A stretch of DNA of 64,000 nucleotides from Verrucomicrobiota bacterium (GTDB taxonomy: Bacteria; Verrucomicrobiota; Verrucomicrobiia; Limisphaerales; UBA11358): NCBI GenBank assembly GCA_050008355.1, contig JBEKMT010000001.1, forward strand, positions 72 through 64,071. Direction: 5' to 3'. Below are positions 27,118 through 36,030 of this stretch, piece after piece (position 1 is the first letter of the stretch; the number at the start of each line of letters is the position of its first letter). Both the position numbers and the translations under genes were made by a program. The notes under the pieces were generated by a model. It saw only the letters and a list, made by a program, of their open reading frames with translations. It was not told the DNA's origin and did not search any database.

Positions 27118-28521
27118 ATGTCGCTGAAACTGTTCAACACGCTGTCCCGCTCCGTGGAGGAGTTCGTGCCGCTCGACCCGCGAAAGAAAAAAATCGGCCT
27201 CTATTGCTGCGGTCCAACCGTTTATGACTATGCGCACATCGGGAACTGGCGCACGTTCGTCTTCGCCGATCTCGTCCGCCGCACGCTGGAATTCTCCGGA
27301 TACGACGTGAAGCATGTGATGAACATCACGGACGTCGAGGACCGGATTATCAAACTCGTCCGTGAAAACAGAACGACGATCCAGGAGTTCACCGGAAAAT
27401 TCGCCGCCGCGTTCCTTGACGATTTGAAACAGCTTGGCTGTCTGGAACCACATGTCACGCCGCGCGCCACCGGGCACATTCCCGAAATCATCGCGATTAT
27501 TGAAAAGCTCGTCGCCCGCGGCATCGCCTATCAAGCCGGCGATGGCTCAGTCTATTTCTCCATCGAAAAATACCGGGGCTGCGGATGTCATTACGGCCAG
27601 TTGTTGAAATTGAATTTCGACGAGATGCGTGTTGGTGAACGCGTGTCGGCGGATGAGTACGAAAAGGAATCCGTTGCCGATTTCGCACTCTGGAAAGCTC
27701 GTGTGCCGGAAGATGGCGAAGTGTCCTGGCCAAGTCCATTCGGCGAAGGCCGGCCCGGCTGGCACATCGAATGTTCCGCAATGAGCATCAAGGCCCTCGG
27801 TGAGACGTTTGACCTGCATCTCGGCGGCGAGGACTTGAAATTTCCGCATCACGAGGACGAGATCGCCCAAAGCGAGGGCGCGACCGGCAAACCCTTTGTG
27901 AAATACTGGCTGCATGGCGCACACCTGCTGGTTGAAGGCAAGAAGATGAGCAAGCGGCTGGGCAATTATTTCACGCTACGCGACCTGGTGGCCAAAGGCT
28001 TTACGGGACGGGAAGTGCGTTATCTGTTGCTGACGGCACATTACCGCGAGACGTTCAATTTCACGCTGGAAGGTTTGAACAGTGCGAAAGCCGCGCTGGC
28101 GCGCATCGATGAATGCGTTGGAAAGTTGCGTGAACTCGCCGGTCCGACCACCGCTGCGCCGGAATCCAAACTGCTGAACGCTTTCACCGCCGCCATCGAG
28201 GACGATCTTAACGTATCCGCCGCGTGGGGCGAAGTGTTCAAGTGGGTAACGGACACGAACACGCGCATGGCGGAGAATTCCCTGACGGCGAGTGCGGCGG
28301 CTGCGGCTTTGGCCGCTTGGAACAAAGTGGATGCCGTGCTCGGTATCGGCTCGAAGGGCGAAACGGAAATTCCGGAGGAGATCTTTGCTCTGGCCGAAGC
28401 GCGCGCGGCGGCAAAAAAGGCCAGGGATTTCAAGAAATCAGATGCCATCCGGGACGAATTGAAAGTCAGGGGCTGGATCATTGAAGACACACCGAAGGGG
28501 ATCAAATTGAAAAAAATTTGA
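27118..28521 (+). CDS. cysS: cysteine--tRNA ligase
   Basis: It has the HIGH-type motif CGPTVYDYAHIGN, the KMSKS-type motif KMSKRLGN, and WPSPFGEGRPGWHIEC. Confidence 0.93.
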   Translation: MSLKLFNTLSRSVEEFVPLDPRKKKIGLYCCGPTVYDYAHIGNWRTFVFADLVRRTLEFSGYDVKHVMNITDVEDRIIKLVRENRTTIQEFTGKFAAAFLDDLKQLGCLEPHVTPRATGHIPEIIAIIEKLVARGIAYQAGDGSVYFSIEKYRGCGCHYGQLLKLNFDEMRVGERVSADEYEKESVADFALWKARVPEDGEVSWPSPFGEGRPGWHIECSAMSIKALGETFDLHLGGEDLKFPHHEDEIAQSEGATGKPFVKYWLHGAHLLVEGKKMSKRLGNYFTLRDLVAKGFTGREVRYLLLTAHYRETFNFTLEGLNSAKAALARIDECVGKLRELAGPTTAAPESKLLNAFTAAIEDDLNVSAAWGEVFKWVTDTNTRMAENSLTASAAAAALAAWNKVDAVLGIGSKGETEIPEEIFALAEARAAAKKARDFKKSDAIRDELKVRGWIIEDTPKGIKLKKI

Positions 28522-28545
28522 ATCATACGGCAAAAATGGAAGAAA

Positions 28546-29202
28546 ATGGCGAAAGGCTTGTTCATCACATTCGAAGGCACCGAAGGCTGCGGCAAGTCAA
28601 CGCAAGTCAGCATCCTTGCAGAAAAGTTACGGGCACTGGGCCTTCGCGTGCGCACCCTGCGCGAGCCGGGCGGCACATCCATCGGCGAGGAGATCCGCCA
28701 TACGCTGAAGCACAGCCAGCAGAATCAGGCAATGACTCCCGAGGCCGAACTGCTCTTGATGAACGCGAGCCGTGCGCAGCTCGTGCGCGAAATCATCCGA
28801 CCGGCGCTGGCTAATGGCGAGATCGTGGTGTGCGATCGTTTTTACGATTCCTCGACAGCATATCAAGGTTACGGCCGGGAACTCGATCTTGAAATGGTGA
28901 AGGCGATCATCGAATTTGCCGTGGGTGAAACGAAACCGGATGTGACCTTGCTTTTGCATGTCCCGGCGGAAATCAGCGCGGAAAGGCTGCGCTCGCGCCA
29001 AGCCCAGCTACCGTTCGTGCGCGACCGCATTGAGGAGGCGGACCAGAGATTTTTCGAGCGGGTCGCGCATGGCTTCGAGGTCGTGGCCGCGAATGAACCG
29101 CAGCGTGTGAAATTCTTTGATGGCGCGCAACCCGTGGAAACTGTCTCCGCCAAAATCTGGGAATCGGTCCAACCGTTGCTGCCGAAGGTCGGCCGGTGGT
29201 GA
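28546..29202 (+). CDS. tmk: dTMP (thymidylate) kinase
   Basis: It has the P-loop FEGTEGCGKSTQ and DRFYDSSTAYQG. Confidence 0.9.
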   Translation: MAKGLFITFEGTEGCGKSTQVSILAEKLRALGLRVRTLREPGGTSIGEEIRHTLKHSQQNQAMTPEAELLLMNASRAQLVREIIRPALANGEIVVCDRFYDSSTAYQGYGRELDLEMVKAIIEFAVGETKPDVTLLLHVPAEISAERLRSRQAQLPFVRDRIEEADQRFFERVAHGFEVVAANEPQRVKFFDGAQPVETVSAKIWESVQPLLPKVGRW

Positions 29203-29247
29203 ATTTGTTTGCGGGTTTCAAACGGCGGGTTAATTTGCTTGCAGAAC

Positions 29248-29580
29248 ATGATCGAAAAAACCATCAGTGAGATCGAGGCGAAGGTTCGGAGCACGGAAGC
29301 CGTCAACGACGCGCACAAGCAGGACTTACTTGGCTTGCTCGGCAAATTGAAGGCCGAAATCGGCGCTCTGGAGCAAACACACAGCGAAGAAGCCAAGACC
29401 ATCGCCGCTTCGGTTCACGCCAGCACGCAGGAGGCCACGCGTGAAAATCAGAACCCGGAATCACTCCAGAATTCTGTGGCCGGCTTGCGTTCGTCGGTGG
29501 AAGGTTTTGAACAATCGCATCCCAAACTCGTGCAGGTCGTCAACAGCTTGAGCAACATGCTGTCAAATTTGGGTATTTAG
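29248..29580 (+). CDS. hypothetical helical protein (DUF4404-like)
   Basis: I chose the ATG at 29248 (MIEKTISEIEAK...). It is small, helical and Q/E/L-rich. The family assignment is from memory only. Confidence 0.45.
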   Translation: MIEKTISEIEAKVRSTEAVNDAHKQDLLGLLGKLKAEIGALEQTHSEEAKTIAASVHASTQEATRENQNPESLQNSVAGLRSSVEGFEQSHPKLVQVVNSLSNMLSNLGI

Positions 29581-29610
29581 GATCTCCGGAACTGGAAAAC
29601 CGGACCAGAG

Positions 29611-30249
29611 TCAGTCCGCCTTTGGCTCCAGTTTGGCAATTGCCGCCATGATTTCATCGGCAACCTCCTGGTAAATCTGTTTCAGCCGCGACTTGTCGCA
29701 CGTCTTTGCCTCGGCACGGAGCTTTTCAAATAACATCGGCTTACCGTATTTCACGGCGAGTTGTTTTGGCAGGTGAATCCGCAGTCTCCGGCTGTAGCAC
29801 TCAAACGTGCCGAAGGTCCGGGCCGGTATCACGACGGCGTCCGACTTAATCACTGTGAGCCCGATGCCGGAACGGGCCGGCTGCAATTTGCCGTCCTTTG
29901 TGCGCGTGCCCTCTGGGAATAAAATGATTGCGCCGCCGTCGAGCAGCCGGCCCAGAATGGCTTTCAAGCCCGCGGCGCCGCCGCCATCACGGTCCACCGG
30001 CACAGCGTTCCACTTGCGGAACAGCCAGCCGACGCCGGGATAACGAAACAGGCTGGCACGGGCAAGATAATTGATCGGCCGATGCAGTCCCGAGCCGACG
30101 ATGGGTGGGTCGAGAAAACTCGCATGGTTCGAGGCCAGAATCACGCCACCTTTCAACGGTACCCGTTCGGGATTATAAACGCGCCAGCGGAAATAAACCT
30201 TGTACATCAACCTGAATAAACACCAGCCCAGAAAATAGGTCACGTTCAT
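29611..30249 (-). CDS. plsC: 1-acyl-sn-glycerol-3-phosphate acyltransferase
   Basis: It has the HX4D motif NHASFLDP and FPEGTRT. Confidence 0.85.
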   Translation of the reverse strand: MNVTYFLGWCLFRLMYKVYFRWRVYNPERVPLKGGVILASNHASFLDPPIVGSGLHRPINYLARASLFRYPGVGWLFRKWNAVPVDRDGGGAAGLKAILGRLLDGGAIILFPEGTRTKDGKLQPARSGIGLTVIKSDAVVIPARTFGTFECYSRRLRIHLPKQLAVKYGKPMLFEKLRAEAKTCDKSRLKQIYQEVADEIMAAIAKLEPKAD

Positions 30250-30280
30250 AGCAGCAAAAATTCAATCATGATGCTGCAAC

Positions 30281-30940
30281 TCACTTCTCCGGCGGTAACA
30301 TTTTGCGGATCTCCGCCAGTAGCAGTCCGCTGGTTTGTTCCGAGGTCATTTTGGAATTATCGATCACCTTCGCCCCCAGCGCGATCATCAATGGCGCGGC
30401 AGCCCGTTGACTGTCGCGCTGGTCGCGTGCGGCCAGGTTTTCGTGAACACCGTCGGCAGCGCGGCGCGCGGAGCGTTCTTCCAGTTTCGCATCCAGATAA
30501 AATTTGAAATCGGTTTCCGGAAAGACATTCGTGCCGATGTCGCGTCCTTCCATCACGAGGTTGCCGAACTGGATGCAATTGCGCTGCGTTTTCTTCATCC
30601 ACTCCCGCACTTTCGGCACGGCGGCGACCTGTGCCACGGCAGCAGCCGTTTCGGGGGTGCGGATCTCTTTTTCGGGGAAATATTCGTCCACGAGAAGATG
30701 CACCGCGCGCAGACCGTTTTTCTCATCGCACTCCAGCCTGGTTTTCCATTTGCGGCAGGCTGTGGCAACCTCCTTTTCCTCCCGCACATCCACATGTTTC
30801 TTCAGGCAATACCATGCCAGTGTGCGATACATCGCCCCAGTGTCCACATAAACAAAATTCAGCGCGCGCGCCACGAGCTTCGCGTTCGTACTCTTGCCGC
30901 TTGCGCTGGTGCCGTCTATGGCAATGACAATATTTTTCAA
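30281..30940 (-). CDS. cmk: cytidylate kinase
   Basis: It has the P-loop IAIDGTSASGKST and VMEGRDIGT. Confidence 0.9.
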   Translation of the reverse strand: MKNIVIAIDGTSASGKSTNAKLVARALNFVYVDTGAMYRTLAWYCLKKHVDVREEKEVATACRKWKTRLECDEKNGLRAVHLLVDEYFPEKEIRTPETAAAVAQVAAVPKVREWMKKTQRNCIQFGNLVMEGRDIGTNVFPETDFKFYLDAKLEERSARRAADGVHENLAARDQRDSQRAAAPLMIALGAKVIDNSKMTSEQTSGLLLAEIRKMLPPEK

Positions 30941-30997
30941 AGTGAGATCTCTGTGATGGTGGTCTTTGGTCGTCGGGACAGGCCCGCTCGGCGGACT

Positions 30998-32503
30998 TCA
31001 ATCCGCGAACAATTCTTCGGCGCTCAATTTCCGCCCCGATTTCGCGTCCAAAATCGACGCCCCAAGGCCGTTCGGCGGCGGCGCGGCCAGCTTCTGGAAA
31101 AAATTGGGAAACGTCTTTTTCACGCAGGCTGGATTTTTAATTTTTATACCGGGAATTTTCAATCCCAAAATGGCGAAACACATGGCCATGCGATGGTCGT
31201 TGTAGGTTTCAATCTCGGTTCCATGCAAGGCATCCGGCTTCGACGGATGAACGGTCAGAGTGTCACCCTGCTCGGTCACTTGCGCACCAAGTTTAGTTAG
31301 CTCCGTCCGCAGCGCCACGACGCGCTCGCACTCCTGGACGCGCAAGCGACCGAGGTCGGTGAACTTGACCGGCCGGGCATTAAAAGGAGCCAGCACAATG
31401 GCAGTCATAATACTGTCTCCCAAATCATGTGCCCGTGATACTTCAATTGGGATTGCGTGGGTTGCGGTTTGAATAAATACTGCGAAATCAGTATCTATCT
31501 GCCAACGACTGTCCGGCCACATTGCCACGTCGACATGCGTCATTTCTAAACGCAGGTCTCGTATTTCTTCCGGCCGCAACCCGGGCTTCAATTTTTTGAA
31601 TTCCTTAACCAATTCGTCCAAATTCTTGAAGAGCAACCATCCGGCTCCCAAAAAATAGCTTCCGCTGGAAGCATCCGGCTCGATTGAAAGTAAACCGCCG
31701 TTCCATGGAAAAACCCCCATCAATTTCGAGGTCATCGCCACATATGGCGACTCATCCTCGTTCACGCCGAAGATTTCAATTTTCCATCCACCGGTTTTTG
31801 ATGAGAGCAACAATGCCGATGCGAACTGCGAACTTTGCTGAATACTGACGCGACACTTTTTAATTGCGGGAGACGCCGGGAGAAGTCTCTGACTTTCTGG
31901 TTCAGTTTGCGACTCGTCACCTCGTCTCCTGCAACCAAAAATTTTGGCCGGCAATTTGTCATTCCCGTTTTCGGATTCGACGCGATAGCCTAATTCTCGC
32001 AACGCCAGGAACAAGGCAGCCTGCGGACGTTCGTGCATGCGCGGCACGCCGCTCAAGCGATAAACCCCGTCGCCCAAACAAACGAAGGCTGCCAAAAATC
32101 GTGCCGCCGTGCCGGCATTGCCAACAAAAAGCTCCAGCGGTTGTTCCGCCGAGCCGGCTTTGGGAATTTTACCGCCTAATCCTTTGACCGTGATGGTGCG
32201 GTTGCAAAATTCAGCTTGGTCTTCCTTCACGCTGATGTGAAAGCCGAGCTTTAGCAGTGCTTCGGTCATTACCTGCGTGTCTTCGCTCCAAAGCGCGCCC
32301 CGGAGCGTCACTTCGCCATTCGCCAACGCAGCCAAAATCAGAGCGCGGTTCGTGATGCTCTTCGAACCGGGCACGGTGATTTCTGCCCGCACTGGTTGAG
32401 TGAGAGGGACGATTTCGATGAGTTCGGGAAGTGCCATTTTATCCACGGATGAGTCCAAACGGACGCGGACATTGAAAAATGCCGGCTTGGAATTCTCCAA
32501 CAC
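30998..32503 (-). CDS. aroA: 3-phosphoshikimate 1-carboxyvinyltransferase (EPSP synthase), unusually long
   Basis: It contains PGSKSITNRALILAALA, VGNAGTAARFL, SSQFASALLL, and NDHRMAMCFAILGL. At 501 aa it looks longer than I expect for this family. The start may instead be Met23 (MALPELIEI). Confidence 0.88.
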   Translation of the reverse strand: MLENSKPAFFNVRVRLDSSVDKMALPELIEIVPLTQPVRAEITVPGSKSITNRALILAALANGEVTLRGALWSEDTQVMTEALLKLGFHISVKEDQAEFCNRTITVKGLGGKIPKAGSAEQPLELFVGNAGTAARFLAAFVCLGDGVYRLSGVPRMHERPQAALFLALRELGYRVESENGNDKLPAKIFGCRRRGDESQTEPESQRLLPASPAIKKCRVSIQQSSQFASALLLSSKTGGWKIEIFGVNEDESPYVAMTSKLMGVFPWNGGLLSIEPDASSGSYFLGAGWLLFKNLDELVKEFKKLKPGLRPEEIRDLRLEMTHVDVAMWPDSRWQIDTDFAVFIQTATHAIPIEVSRAHDLGDSIMTAIVLAPFNARPVKFTDLGRLRVQECERVVALRTELTKLGAQVTEQGDTLTVHPSKPDALHGTEIETYNDHRMAMCFAILGLKIPGIKIKNPACVKKTFPNFFQKLAAPPPNGLGASILDAKSGRKLSAEELFAD

Positions 32504-32530
32504 AAACGGATTTCCTCTCTGGTCGCTGCT

Positions 32531-33538
32531 TCATTCGGAAGAAATTAATGCCGAGTTAGCATGCCATTGGTCACGCCGGTTTTTTGCCGTGGCGAAAAAA
32601 ATCTCGATCGCCGACGCATCACTGGCTTTGACGACTGACTGGAATTTTTTTAGTTCCGCCAGATACAAGTCCAACGACCGGACGACATTTTTGCGGTTCG
32701 CCAGGACGATGTCGCGCCACATTTCGGGCGAACCGGAGGCGACACGAGTGGTGTCACGAAAGCCGGTCGCGCAAAGTTCAGCCTGCAACCTGGATTGTGT
32801 CGGGTCCAAAACCAACCCAGCCAGCGCCGCGGCTGCGACGTGCGGCAGGTGGCTCGAACGACTGACCAGCAAGTCATGCTGCGCGGCGTTCAACTTCAAA
32901 ACCCGGGCGCCGAGTGTTTTCCAGAATCGTTCCAGTTTGCGAACCGCGCCTGCAGGCGAATTCTTTGTCGGGGTAAGCACGCAAACCGCTTTTTCAAAGA
33001 GATTTCCGCGCGCGGCAGCAACGCCAGTTTTTTCCCCGCCCGCCATCGGGTGGCTCCCGATGAACTGCGCGCCGGCTTTTTTTACGAGCGGCTCGAGCTC
33101 ACGGACGACATCGGCTTTTACACTGCCGACGTCGGTGACCAGCGCACCGGGTTTAAGCGCGGGGAGAAACTGTTCGGCCAGCAAGCGCATCTGCGCCAAA
33201 GGTGTGCAGAGGATCACGAGATCCGCTTGGGAAACCGCTGCGAGCAAGTCGGTCGTGGCGTAATCGGCCGCACCCGACTTCTCGCAATTGGCGACCGCTT
33301 TCTGACTGCGGACATAGCCGGCGATTTCATCGGCGAGACCGAGCCGCCGGACAGCCAGCCCGACGGAACCGCCGAGCAAACCAACGCCAACAACAGTGAT
33401 TTTCCGAAATTGCACGCGCGAAAGATAGCGGATGGAACGGGATTCGTGAATTGCTAAATCACCGACTTGCGGCCACGAGCTCCGCGCAACGAGCGGACGT
33501 TCACAATATGATCGTCTGGCCGAGCAAGGCCGCGTCAT
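32531..33538 (-). CDS. tyrA: prephenate dehydrogenase
   Basis: It has the Rossmann motif ITVVGVGLLGGS, plus GSHPMAG and HDLLVSRSSHLPH. The track start overlaps the upstream gene by 38 nt, so a GTG at 33415 (VQFRKITVVG) is a more likely start. Confidence 0.85.
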   Translation of the reverse strand: MTRPCSARRSYCERPLVARSSWPQVGDLAIHESRSIRYLSRVQFRKITVVGVGLLGGSVGLAVRRLGLADEIAGYVRSQKAVANCEKSGAADYATTDLLAAVSQADLVILCTPLAQMRLLAEQFLPALKPGALVTDVGSVKADVVRELEPLVKKAGAQFIGSHPMAGGEKTGVAAARGNLFEKAVCVLTPTKNSPAGAVRKLERFWKTLGARVLKLNAAQHDLLVSRSSHLPHVAAAALAGLVLDPTQSRLQAELCATGFRDTTRVASGSPEMWRDIVLANRKNVVRSLDLYLAELKKFQSVVKASDASAIEIFFATAKNRRDQWHANSALISSE

Positions 33539-34577
33539 GACACGCGTCCATGACTTTTTGCGTTTTTAACGACCACATCGGCCAGTCCTCGTTCAGGGTG
33601 CCGGAAGCAATCTGGTTCGCAAAATTGCGCCACATGGTTGCATCCTGTGCAGCGGCATGGCCTTGCACAGACGGGTCCGCGCCCGGTGGACATTCCGCGC
33701 CGCTGCTGACCGTGACCCATTTCTCGTTCACCTCGAACGCGGGTTTGAAACTGTTGAACGGGTGGATGAAATCCGGCAACAACAGCCAGCCTTTTTGGCC
33801 GCTCACATGGATCCATTGCTGGCGTGCGGCAATAAACGAGCAGTAAAATGCGACGGAAACACCGTCATCAAAAAACAGCTCAGCGGAAAAATCGATCGGT
33901 GCCGGCGGGCGGTTTGGTAAAGCCTGGGACGCGGCGAGAATTCTGGCAGAGACGGTGTGGGGCAACCGCCAGTTCAGCGTCCACAGCGCAAAGCGGATGG
34001 AATACCAGCCAAGATCCCCCAGGCAACCGGCGGGTTCAAGCGCGCCGTTCACGCGAATGTTACCGCGAAAGAATTCCTCGCCAGAGTAAAAACTGAAGCT
34101 CGATGAAATGCGCCGCAGAGCGCCGACACTTTCATCATCCTGCAAAACCTCACGGACTTTTGCCTGGCGGGGATTGTGCATAAACATCACGCCGTCCATG
34201 AATTGCACATTATTCTTCCGGCAGGCGGAAATCATTTCCGCCAATTCAGCACTGTCGATCGCACACGGCTTCTCACAAACGACATGCTTATGATTTTCTG
34301 CGGCGCGAAGGACAAAGCCTTTGCGCAGGGCGGTCGGCAGCGGAATATAGACTGCATCCAGCGTTTCGGACGCGAGCAATTCCTCGTAACTGCCGAAGGC
34401 GAGCGGCGGTTGCTCAAAGCCAAATTCACGCTGGCATTCGTCGATATATTTGCGGCTTTTCGCAATATCGCGACTGGCGACAGCCGAAACCACGCAGTTT
34501 CCGGAGTTGAAGATTGCCTTCCAATTTTTCCGTCCGATGCCGGCGGTGCTTAAAAAGCCGATCCGTAATTTATTCAT
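33501..34577 (-). CDS. Gfo/Idh/MocA-family oxidoreductase
   Basis: It has the N-terminal Rossmann region LRIGFLSTAGIGRKNW and the EKP motif (VVCEKPCA). Confidence 0.85.
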   Translation of the reverse strand: MNKLRIGFLSTAGIGRKNWKAIFNSGNCVVSAVASRDIAKSRKYIDECQREFGFEQPPLAFGSYEELLASETLDAVYIPLPTALRKGFVLRAAENHKHVVCEKPCAIDSAELAEMISACRKNNVQFMDGVMFMHNPRQAKVREVLQDDESVGALRRISSSFSFYSGEEFFRGNIRVNGALEPAGCLGDLGWYSIRFALWTLNWRLPHTVSARILAASQALPNRPPAPIDFSAELFFDDGVSVAFYCSFIAARQQWIHVSGQKGWLLLPDFIHPFNSFKPAFEVNEKWVTVSSGAECPPGADPSVQGHAAAQDATMWRNFANQIASGTLNEDWPMWSLKTQKVMDACHDAALLGQTIIL

Positions 34578-34581
34578 AAGT

Positions 34582-35448
34582 TTATTTTGCCGCTTCGATC
34601 ACGCGTTCCAAAATCACGGAGGCCATGAGCGGTTCCGTGCCGACAGACGACGAATACCAGACATATTTGCCGTTTTTTTCCGTGGGATTGCGCCAGGTTG
34701 GCTGGCCGGCGGCGAGACGTTGTTTGACGATACGCTCCGCCTCCCCGAGCAAGACGGGGATGTCCTCGACCGTGTGCAATCCATCGCTGATGAGAAACGG
34801 TACAACGACCAAGTTTTTCGTCTGCGCGATTTGATAACAGTCTGCAATGTGCGGGCATTCTTCCATAAAAATCGCATGGACACCCGCGAAGACATTCTGT
34901 GCGCGAATCAGCTCCACCTGCCGTTCGATGGCCAGGCGCGAGTTCTTATTTCGTTCCGTGCCATGGCCGGCGATGAAGAGAGTAGTTTCCGACGGTTTCG
35001 GAGCACGGGGAAACGGAAATTGTTTAACGATGTCGGCCGCTCGCGACAAAATGACCCTGGTCATGCCCGCATGCGAGCCAACGGGACGACAATAGTAAAC
35101 TAATGAGCTGCGGGTGGTGAGCGACAAGTGCCCGGGATAATCAAATCCCAGCTCGCGCGGAATCACTTCGCTGGCGAAATAACCCTCACTAATGAAAAGC
35201 GGCGCGATAAAGATTCTTGGGGCAGATATTTCCGCAAGCACTTGTTTGACTTGAGGTTCCTGCTTCCAAAAAGCCTCGCGGACTTCACGGAAAATCTTCC
35301 GGCGGCGCAACTCCGCGACGTGCCGCAACACCGGCGCAGACGATTGGTCGTTCAGAGTCGTGCCGTGGCCGAGCACCACCAACACGGAGTCAGAAAAAAC
35401 TTCAATACACACACCTGAAGTTAGCCAAAGAACGACCTGACCGCGCAA
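34582..35448 (-). CDS. CbiX-type sirohydrochlorin chelatase (two-domain form)
   Basis: It has two repeats: LVVLGHGT...PLFISEGYF and LFIAGHGT...VPFLISDGLH. The track start is TTG, so the start is uncertain. Confidence 0.7.
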   Translation of the reverse strand: MRGQVVLWLTSGVCIEVFSDSVLVVLGHGTTLNDQSSAPVLRHVAELRRRKIFREVREAFWKQEPQVKQVLAEISAPRIFIAPLFISEGYFASEVIPRELGFDYPGHLSLTTRSSLVYYCRPVGSHAGMTRVILSRAADIVKQFPFPRAPKPSETTLFIAGHGTERNKNSRLAIERQVELIRAQNVFAGVHAIFMEECPHIADCYQIAQTKNLVVVPFLISDGLHTVEDIPVLLGEAERIVKQRLAAGQPTWRNPTEKNGKYVWYSSSVGTEPLMASVILERVIEAAK

Positions 35449-35527
35449 AGGAAATTTTTACTTGAAACTTTCCGTCGGTTCAGGCGTCTTACTCAGGAAT
35501 TGAGCGTTCAAACACAACCGATTTGAC

Positions 35528-35953
35528 ATGAAAATGATGCACAAATTATCCTTTACCGCGGCGGTCGCTACCGTATCCCTTACAGCCCTTACGCCGGCTG
35601 CACGCGCCGACGATGCCACGGCCAATTCCCTTCCGCCGGCATCGACGAAAGCCGGCCTCACGTACGACACGGACATACAACCGATTTTTAAGAGCAACTG
35701 TTTGAACTGCCATGACAGCCAAAAACCGCGACAGGGCGGCAAGTTGTCACTTGATACGCTCGCTGGTGCGCTAAAAGGCGGGCGTGACGGCAAGGTCATC
35801 ACTCCCGGCGACAGCTCCCACAGCGATCTCGTTTTGAGCATTGCCCACGTTGGCGACCCAGATAGTTTCATGCCGCGCGGCAAAAATCCAAAGAAGCTGA
35901 CGGATGACCAGATTGGTTTGATCCGTGCATGGATTGACCAGGGCGCGAAATAA
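35528..35953 (+). CDS. secreted planctomycete-type cytochrome c domain (PSCyt1-like) protein
   Basis: It has a signal peptide, then IQPIFKSNCLNCHDSQKPRQGGKLSLDT (CxxCH heme site) and ...MPRGKNPKKLTDDQIGLIRAWIDQGA, the typical PSCyt1 pattern. Confidence 0.7.
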   Translation: MKMMHKLSFTAAVATVSLTALTPAARADDATANSLPPASTKAGLTYDTDIQPIFKSNCLNCHDSQKPRQGGKLSLDTLAGALKGGRDGKVITPGDSSHSDLVLSIAHVGDPDSFMPRGKNPKKLTDDQIGLIRAWIDQGAK

Positions 35954-35972
35954 TGGTCACTTCAGTTCAAGA

Positions 35973-36003
35973 GGGACGCCGAAAAGGCATCCCGTTTTAT
36001 TTT
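35973..36003 (+). terminator. putative rho-independent terminator after 35528..35953
   Basis: The sequence gggacgcc-gaaaa-ggcatccc pairs at 7 of 8 positions with a 5-nt loop and is followed by gttttatttt. A second perfect hairpin, ggggacg-gtgg-cgtcccc, follows at 36004-36021, between convergent genes. Confidence 0.5.
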
Positions 36004-36030
36004 GGGGACGGTGGCGTCCCCCCTGGCCGG

